A stretch of 64,000 nt of DNA from an uncultured Candidatus Binatia bacterium (GTDB lineage Bacteria; Desulfobacterota; Binatia; UBA9968; JAJDTQ01). The notes under the pieces were generated by a model. That model worked only from the letters and a program-made list of their open reading frames with translations, ran no database searches and was not told where the DNA came from. The stretch's first letter is position 1; the number at the start of each line of letters is the position of its first letter. The stretch spans positions 352,001-416,000 of the forward strand of contig OZ243916.1 in the NCBI GenBank assembly GCA_965213675.1. Reading direction: 5' to 3'. This document shows, piece after piece, positions 57,904 to 64,000 of this stretch. The translations under genes and the position numbers were made by a program.

Positions 57904-58758
57904 ATGAGTTCGCTGTTCGGCAAGACGATCCTGTTCCTGGCGCTGGTGGCGGCCACCGCGGCGCTGGGGTACACGGCATGGGAGGTCCGCGATCTGAAGA
58001 TGGCCGCGGCCCGAACGGCCCAGGGCAACGAGACCAATGTCACCGAGATGATGATAGCGCTCGCCCAGACCGAAGGGCAGCTCGCCCGGGTGCGCGAGGC
58101 GGTGGAGTTGCTCGGAGCCGGCGGCCCGACCGAGGCGCCCGACGAGACCGCCTTGGAGGGCAAGCTCACGGCGGCCCTGTCGGTGGCGCACCGGGAGGTG
58201 TTGCAGCAGGAGTTGCAGAAGTGGGCGCAACAACTTCAGGACCAGCGGGACAAGAGCCTGGCCGCGGTGCGGGAGAGTCTTGAGCAGGAGGTGGGGCGCC
58301 GCCTGGAGCAAGGGAACCGGCAGTTGTTCGCGCTCGTTGAAGAGAACCAAGGGACGCTGACGAAGCAACTGAAGGATTTGGGAGCGAGCCTCGCCAGACC
58401 CTCGGAGGGCGGCGCGCCGCAAGGCCAGAGCCTGGCGAACCTGGAAGAGCGTTTGGCGGCGTTGGTGGAAACGGTGAACAGTCAGGGCGAGGCCCTTGCC
58501 CAGCGCAACGAACGCGACGACCAGCGCTGGGAAGAACTGTTCCTGGCGTTGCAGGAGAGCCGGGAAGCCACCCTGCGACGTTACGCCGAGGTGGCGGCGC
58601 GCCTGGAACCGAACGACCCGCCCACACCCGTCGATACGACGGAGCCGGGCCAGCCGGCCCAGGAGAGCGGCGCGCCGGACGGCGTCTTGACGGAGCGGGA
58701 AAGGTTGGATGCGTTCTGCGCGGAAGTCCCCCAGTCCGCCCTGTGCAGGGATCTGTAG
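57904..58758 (+). CDS. Hypothetical membrane-anchored coiled-coil protein
   Basis: One N-terminal TM; E/Q/L-rich heptads; terminal C-x8-C. Confidence 0.7.
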   Translation: MSSLFGKTILFLALVAATAALGYTAWEVRDLKMAAARTAQGNETNVTEMMIALAQTEGQLARVREAVELLGAGGPTEAPDETALEGKLTAALSVAHREVLQQELQKWAQQLQDQRDKSLAAVRESLEQEVGRRLEQGNRQLFALVEENQGTLTKQLKDLGASLARPSEGGAPQGQSLANLEERLAALVETVNSQGEALAQRNERDDQRWEELFLALQESREATLRRYAEVAARLEPNDPPTPVDTTEPGQPAQESGAPDGVLTERERLDAFCAEVPQSALCRDL

Positions 58759-58778
58759 CGGCGCTCGGCGGCAACCCC

Positions 58779-59402
58779 ATGCAGTACTACGACATCTCGC
58801 TCAGGTTGAGCCCCGCCAGCGCCCGTTGGGTGACCGCGGCCCCGTTCGAGTTGGTGGACCGCAAGCGCATGCAGCGGGGCGACGCCAACAACTCGTCCAG
58901 CGTGAATATGAGCGTGCACAGCGGCACCCACATGGATGCCCCGTTCCACTTCGTCCCCGAAGGCGCTTCCATCGACGAGCTTCCGCTGGATCTCTTCATC
59001 GGGCCGGCCTTGGTGCACGAGGTGAATGCGCACCGCTACATCACCGCCGAGCACGTGGCGCAGCTCCCGCCGGGCGAGCGGGTGCTGTTCAAGACGAGCA
59101 ATTCCGAGTTGCTCCGCCGCGCCGCGTATGACCCCGACTTCGTGGCCTTCTCGGTGGAGGCGGCCAGTGCCTTGGTGGCCAAGGGCTACCGGCTCGTGGG
59201 CCTCGACTACCTCTCGGTGGCCCACGCGGATGAGCAGGTGCCGGTGCACCGGGCCTTCCTGGATCATGGGGTGGCGCTGCTGGAGGGCGTCGAACTGACC
59301 GAAATCCGCCCGGGGCTCTACGAGTTGATTTGCTTCCCTGTCCGCATCGCCGGCGCGGACGGCGCTCCCTGCCGCGCTGTTCTCCGCGACCTCGAGTCCT
59401 GA
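58779..59402 (+). CDS. Cyclase family (kynurenine formamidase-like) metal hydrolase
   Basis: HSGTHMDAPFHF, VGLDYLS, DGAPCRA. Confidence 0.9.
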   Translation: MQYYDISLRLSPASARWVTAAPFELVDRKRMQRGDANNSSSVNMSVHSGTHMDAPFHFVPEGASIDELPLDLFIGPALVHEVNAHRYITAEHVAQLPPGERVLFKTSNSELLRRAAYDPDFVAFSVEAASALVAKGYRLVGLDYLSVAHADEQVPVHRAFLDHGVALLEGVELTEIRPGLYELICFPVRIAGADGAPCRAVLRDLES

Positions 59403-59648
59403 AGCATTCGTGGGACTTCTTGCCCTGTCCGTTTTCGTCAGCCTCCGTTGCGCGGCCCGCGGTTGGCGCGCCAACCCAGGTGCGTCCTGGCGCGCTGACG
59501 CCGGTGTCGCGTCCCGGGGATTCATTCCACTTCGCTCCGCGACCCTCTTTTTTGCAACATTGGGGTTATGCAAGGCGCACACTGCTGGCTGGGAGTCGCT
59601 GGACGCCGGTTCCACGGCGCAGGCTCCCAGCGCAATGAAAGGTACACC

Positions 59649-60608
59649 ATGAGCCAGTTGCAAGTTGCTTTTCTGGATGACTATCAGCACGTCGCCCACG
59701 CGCTTCTGGGAGCGCGGGAAGTCCCGGAAAGCCTGGAAACGACGGTGTTCCACGACCATCTGAGTGACGAGGACGCCCTGGCCGAACGATTGCGGCCGTT
59801 CGAAGCGGTGTGTGTCATGCGCGAGCGCACACCCTTCAGGCGCGCGCTTCTGGAGCGGCTGCCGAACCTGCGGCTGCTGGTGACGAGCGGCATGCGCAAC
59901 GCCTCCATCGACCTCGACTGCGCGCGCGAACGGGGCGTGACCGTGTGCGGCACGCCCAGCGTGGGCGCGCCCACGGCCGAGTTGACCTGGGGCCTGATCC
60001 TCGGACTGTTGCGTCACATCCCGCGGGAAGACCGGGCCACCCGCGCCGGCGGATGGCAGGAGACCGTGGGCACGGGCCTTCCCGGCAGGACCCTCGGGTT
60101 GGCCGGTCTGGGCAAGCTCGGCGCTCGCGTCGCGCGCGTGGGGCTCGCGTTCGACATGAACGTGATCGCGTGGAGCCGGAACCTCACCGAGGAGCGTTGC
60201 CGGGATGTGGGCGTAACCCTGGTGAGCAAGGAAGAGCTGCTGGCGCGCTCCGACGTCCTTACGATCCACCTGGTGCTGAGCGAGCGCACACGCGGCCTCT
60301 TCCAGAGCGCCGACCTGGCGCGAATGAAGCCGACGGCCCTGATCGTCAACACCTCTCGCGGTCCCATCGTGGACGAGGCGGCCCTGGTGGACGCCTTGCA
60401 GAACGGCGTCATCGGCGGGGCGGGTCTGGACGTCTTCGACACCGAGCCGCTGCCGCCGGATCACCCGCTGCGGCACTGCGAAAATACGATTATCACGCCG
60501 CACCTCGGCTACGTGGAGGAGGCGAACTACGGCGCCTACTTCGACGGCTACCTCGCCGCCCTCAAGGGCTATGTGGAGGGCTCTCCGGTGAACGTGGTCA
60601 AGAGGTGA
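59649..60608 (+). CDS. D-2-hydroxyacid dehydrogenase family protein
   Basis: MRERTPF, GLGKLG, VNTSRGPIVDE, LDVFDTEPL, TPHLGY. Confidence 0.93.
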   Translation: MSQLQVAFLDDYQHVAHALLGAREVPESLETTVFHDHLSDEDALAERLRPFEAVCVMRERTPFRRALLERLPNLRLLVTSGMRNASIDLDCARERGVTVCGTPSVGAPTAELTWGLILGLLRHIPREDRATRAGGWQETVGTGLPGRTLGLAGLGKLGARVARVGLAFDMNVIAWSRNLTEERCRDVGVTLVSKEELLARSDVLTIHLVLSERTRGLFQSADLARMKPTALIVNTSRGPIVDEAALVDALQNGVIGGAGLDVFDTEPLPPDHPLRHCENTIITPHLGYVEEANYGAYFDGYLAALKGYVEGSPVNVVKR

Positions 60609-60611
60609 GCG

Positions 60612-61544
60612 GTGGCTGAAAAGAATCAAAACGACAACGCGGCGCAGACCGAGAACCTGGCGCTCTACTGCGACTTCGAAAACATTGCCATCGGCGTGCG
60701 CGACGCGCGCTACGCCAGTTTCGACATGCGCAAGGTCCTCGACCGCCTTTTGGTCAAGGGCAAGATCGTGGTCAAGAAGGCGTACTGCGACTGGGAACGC
60801 TATCGCGAGTACAAGCCGGTCATGCACGAGGCCTCCTTCGAGTTGATCGAGATTCCCCACGTGCGTCAGTCGGGCAAGAACTCGGCGGACATTCGCATGG
60901 TCGTGGACGCCCTCGACCTCTGCTACACGAAATTGCACGTCGATACGTTCGTCATCATCAGTGGCGACTCGGACTTCTCGGCGCTGGTGAGCAAGCTGCG
61001 CGAGAACAACAAGGTGGTCATCGGCGTCGGCGTGAAGAACTCCACCTCGGATTTGCTCATCGCCAACTGCGACGAGTTCATCTACTACGACGACCTCGTG
61101 CGTGAGTCGAAGCGCCGCGGCGGCGTGAAGCGGGAGCGAACGGGCCGCGGAGCGCGCAAGACCGCGGCCGCGCCGCCGCCGGAGAAGGCCCCAACCGAAG
61201 AGAAGGCTACGGCGGAGGACAAGACGCCGGCCGATGACAAGGCGCCGCCCGAGGACAAGGCGGCCCCCGAGGAAAGGGAAATAAAGGAAGCCCAGGAGGC
61301 GCTGGACCTGGTGGTGGAGACGGTGACCCACCTCTTCGACGAGCGCGGCGCCAAGGACACGATCTGGGGCTCCATGGTCAAGCAGGCGCTGAGACGGCGC
61401 AAGCCCGGCTTCAACGAGCGCTACCACGGCTTCCGCTCCTTCGGGAAGCTGCTGGAGGAGGCCCAGGCACAGCACCTGCTGGATCTCGAAGCGGACGAGA
61501 AATCCGGCGACTACGTTGTCAAGGGAGTCCTGCAGGACGACTGA
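60612..61544 (+). CDS. NYN domain protein with a C-terminal OST-HTH/LOTUS domain
   Basis: DFEN, KNSADIRMVVDA, SGDSDF, PGFNERYHGFRSFGKLLE. Confidence 0.9.
   Translation: MAEKNQNDNAAQTENLALYCDFENIAIGVRDARYASFDMRKVLDRLLVKGKIVVKKAYCDWERYREYKPVMHEASFELIEIPHVRQSGKNSADIRMVVDALDLCYTKLHVDTFVIISGDSDFSALVSKLRENNKVVIGVGVKNSTSDLLIANCDEFIYYDDLVRESKRRGGVKRERTGRGARKTAAAPPPEKAPTEEKATAEDKTPADDKAPPEDKAAPEEREIKEAQEALDLVVETVTHLFDERGAKDTIWGSMVKQALRRRKPGFNERYHGFRSFGKLLEEAQAQHLLDLEADEKSGDYVVKGVLQDD
61173..61278 (+). repeat. Degenerate in-frame 18-bp tandem repeat (~6 units, xxE(E/D)KA) in the NYN-LOTUS linker
   Basis: PPPEKA PTEEKA TAEDKT PADDKA PPEDKA APEER. Confidence 0.75.
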
Positions 61545-61738
61545 CGTTCCGGGGACCAGACCATCGGAGCCGCGCGCCTTTGGACTGACTGGGCGCCGCG
61601 ATCCTGATCCCGGGGTGCCCGTCGCTGCTGTCGGGGCTGAGCCTGGGCGTCCACAGTGCTGGCGTTCGCCCCTGGTCCCGTGGTGGTTCCTCCGTGGTGG
61701 TTTCCGTTGGGAGCCGCGGCCATCGAGAGGTCACGCGC

Positions 61739-62899
61739 ATGACGCCTTCCTCCAACCTGCTCTACGCGCTGGCCTCCATCTGCATGGCCTCCGGCGCCAT
61801 CGGCAGCGCCATGCTGGCGCCGTTCTACATGCACGCCAAGGGATTCCCCGTGGCGGTGGTGGGCATGCCGCTGGTGGTCAACGGCGTCGGCGCGCTGTGC
61901 TCGGACGTGTTGTCCGGCACGCTGGCCTCCTATTTCCGGTCGAGTTTCTTGCTGCTGGGGTCGGTGGTGGTGGCCGTGGTGACGAGCCTTGCGGGCTATG
62001 CCTTCCAGGACAGCCTCGCCGTGTTCCTGGCGGCCTTCGCCATCATCGGGCTCACCGAGGCCATGTTCAGCCTCGCCATCCGGCGCATCGTGTTCGTGCA
62101 GTCCACGCCCGATCAGCAGGGCAGGGCGCAGGGTCAGGTGGCCGCGGCCCTGGGACTGGGCTTCGCCCTGGGACCGACCATGGGCGGATTCGTGGGCGAG
62201 TGGTGGGGCCTCGACAAGCTCTTCCTGGTGGTGGCGGCGCCCCAGAGCCTGGGACTGGTCTTCCTTCTGCTGGCCCGGGGCCACCGCACCGAGAAGCCGG
62301 TGGAAAGAAGCGACATGCCGCTGTGGCGGGTAGGCAAGGGCCTCCTGGCCCAACCGGCCTTCCTCGGCGCCTGCCTCGCCATTTTCCAGTCGTTTCTCTG
62401 CCTCATCGGCGTCACCCGCATCGCCTTCCCCTTCCTGGCGGCTCGCCGCGGCCTCACCCTGGACATCATCGGCACCATGGTCAGCATCTCGCGTCTGGCC
62501 GACACGGCCGGCAGGCTCACCGGCGGCTGGCTGTGCGACCGCGCCGGCGCCCGCACGGTGATCCTCCTGGGAGTCTTCGTCAGCGTCCCCGCCTTCGGCC
62601 TCCAGGTCTTCGGCCAGAGCTACATCGCGCTGGTGCTGCCCCTGTGCCTCATGACCGCCGGCTTCGGCCTCTCCAACGTCGGTTCCACCACCCTGGCGCT
62701 GCAACTCGCCGGCGACTCCAGCAAGGGCGTCGCCCTGGGGCTCATCCGCGGCGGCACCTCCATCGGCCGCATGATCGGCCCCCTCCTCGCCGGCCTCCTC
62801 GTGGCCGACCTGGGATTCCACTGGGGCTTCGTGGCCTTGGGGGTGATCTCGTTCGCCATTGGCGGCGGCGTGGCGGGGCTGTTCCGGCGGCAGCGGTAG
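61739..62899 (+). CDS. MFS transporter
   Basis: ~12 TM segments; GWLCDRAGAR; GPTMGG. Confidence 0.88.
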   Translation: MTPSSNLLYALASICMASGAIGSAMLAPFYMHAKGFPVAVVGMPLVVNGVGALCSDVLSGTLASYFRSSFLLLGSVVVAVVTSLAGYAFQDSLAVFLAAFAIIGLTEAMFSLAIRRIVFVQSTPDQQGRAQGQVAAALGLGFALGPTMGGFVGEWWGLDKLFLVVAAPQSLGLVFLLLARGHRTEKPVERSDMPLWRVGKGLLAQPAFLGACLAIFQSFLCLIGVTRIAFPFLAARRGLTLDIIGTMVSISRLADTAGRLTGGWLCDRAGARTVILLGVFVSVPAFGLQVFGQSYIALVLPLCLMTAGFGLSNVGSTTLALQLAGDSSKGVALGLIRGGTSIGRMIGPLLAGLLVADLGFHWGFVALGVISFAIGGGVAGLFRRQR

Positions 62900-62911
62900 A
62901 CCCTTGCGCCG

Positions 62912-62946
62912 CCACGATGGATACGACCCCACGATGGATACGACCC
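62912..62946. repeat. 17-bp tandem duplication CCACGATGGATACGACC x2
   Basis: Read directly, just after the MFS stop codon. Confidence 0.7.
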
Positions 62947-63237
62947 ATAGACGCGTGCGCCGCAGGGACGGATGAGAGCGGAACTGCAGCCGTGAATTCC
63001 TGCGGCGCAAGGTCCCATGGTTCGCTCTTGCCCTGCCAAGCGCTCCACAGCGCATGCGCAGACGGCATGTTCATCCACAGGCGTCAGGTCGAAAACGTAT
63101 GGGGTGATGGCGCCGTTGAGCGTGTCCACTACGCGGGTTGCCAAGTCATGACAACACTGGTACGCGTCCGTGTGTGTATACGAGGCCCCTGTATTGAAAC
63201 GTGCGACGCCGCTTGGCAAACGCTGACAGCACGAACC

Positions 63238-64000
63238 ATGCGCAACTTCGATCTCCTTGAACCCAAGACCCTCGCCGAAGCCTGCCGGATGCTGGACGAT
63301 GGTGAAGACGCGCGCCCGGTGAGCGGCGGGACCGCGCTCCTGATTCTCATCAAGCAAGGGCTTTTGCGGCCCCGAACCCTGGTCAATCTCAAGAAGCTCG
63401 AAGGCGCCAACGCCATCACCCTGGATGACGCCGGCGCCGTCCGCATCGAGGCCATGGCCACGATCCACGAGGTGGAGACCTCGCCGGTGGTGCGGGAGCA
63501 CCTGCCGGTGCTGGCGACGGCCTGCCACCAGGTGGCCAACATCCGCATCCGGCACTTGGCGACCGTCGGCGGCAACCTGGCCCACGGAGATCACCAGTCG
63601 GATCCCCCCGGGGTGCTGGTGGCCCTTGACGCCGATGTGGAGTTGAGCGGTTCCCGGAGCACGCGGTCCATGAAGCTCGCGGACTTCCTCCTGGGCGTCT
63701 ACGAGACCGCCCTGGCGCCCGGTGAGATGGTGACCGCGGTGACGGTGCCGCCGGTGCGGGGGCGGCTGGTGGGCGACTACCTCAAGTTCACCACGGGCTC
63801 GTCAGAGGAGCGCCCCTGTGCGGGCATCACCGCGCTGGTGCGGCTGGAAGGGGACCGTCCGGTGGAGGCCCGGCTCGCGGTGGGGGCGGTGGCGGACCGG
63901 CCGCTGCTCTTGTGCGAGATGGATCCCACCGAGAGCGCGCTCCAAGACATGGCGAAACGCGCTGCGGAGGAGATCGATCCCATCCCCGATTTGCGCGGCT
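63238..64000 (+). CDS. CoxM/xanthine dehydrogenase-family FAD-binding subunit (partial, runs off the window)
   Basis: MRNFDLLEPKTLAEA...SGGTAL...IRHLATVGGNLAHGD..SD; absent from the ORF track because no stop lies in the window. Confidence 0.88.
   Translation, partial: MRNFDLLEPKTLAEACRMLDDGEDARPVSGGTALLILIKQGLLRPRTLVNLKKLEGANAITLDDAGAVRIEAMATIHEVETSPVVREHLPVLATACHQVANIRIRHLATVGGNLAHGDHQSDPPGVLVALDADVELSGSRSTRSMKLADFLLGVYETALAPGEMVTAVTVPPVRGRLVGDYLKFTTGSSEERPCAGITALVRLEGDRPVEARLAVGAVADRPLLLCEMDPTESALQDMAKRAAEEIDPIPDLRG

Overview
GC-rich bacterial window. The backbone holds catabolic, transport and energy genes: M1 aminopeptidase, two ThDP enzymes, both LigAB-type and PcaHG protocatechuate dioxygenases, an acyl-CoA ligase, a TTT transporter with three tandem tctC paralogs, a two-gene molybdopterin oxidoreductase with a fused FeS-NrfD subunit, a two-subunit CoA-transferase, mrpA-G, sthA, an SdhA-like flavoprotein with a frameshifted 2Fe-2S partner, an amidohydrolase/heme-oxygenase-like diiron enzyme/cyclase cluster, and a truncated CoxM-like gene at the right edge. 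Accessory DNA comprises two toxin-antitoxin modules, each sitting in a small transposase-free element (one between ~56-bp inverted repeats, one between ~113-bp direct repeats), MITEs and several REP-like palindrome families. There is also a visibly lower-GC island (~44.6-55.3 kb) in which two LuxR-type regulators and a repeated 16-bp palindromic box precede a run of predicted secreted Gly-rich and Cys-rich orphan proteins, including a diverged paralog pair, a hidden mini-paralog and a 22-C homopolymer; an IS5-family element and an AAA/PD-(D/E)XK gene follow. This island is the best candidate for an undescribed system. No rRNA, tRNA or CRISPR array was seen. All family calls come from motif recognition, not database searches.
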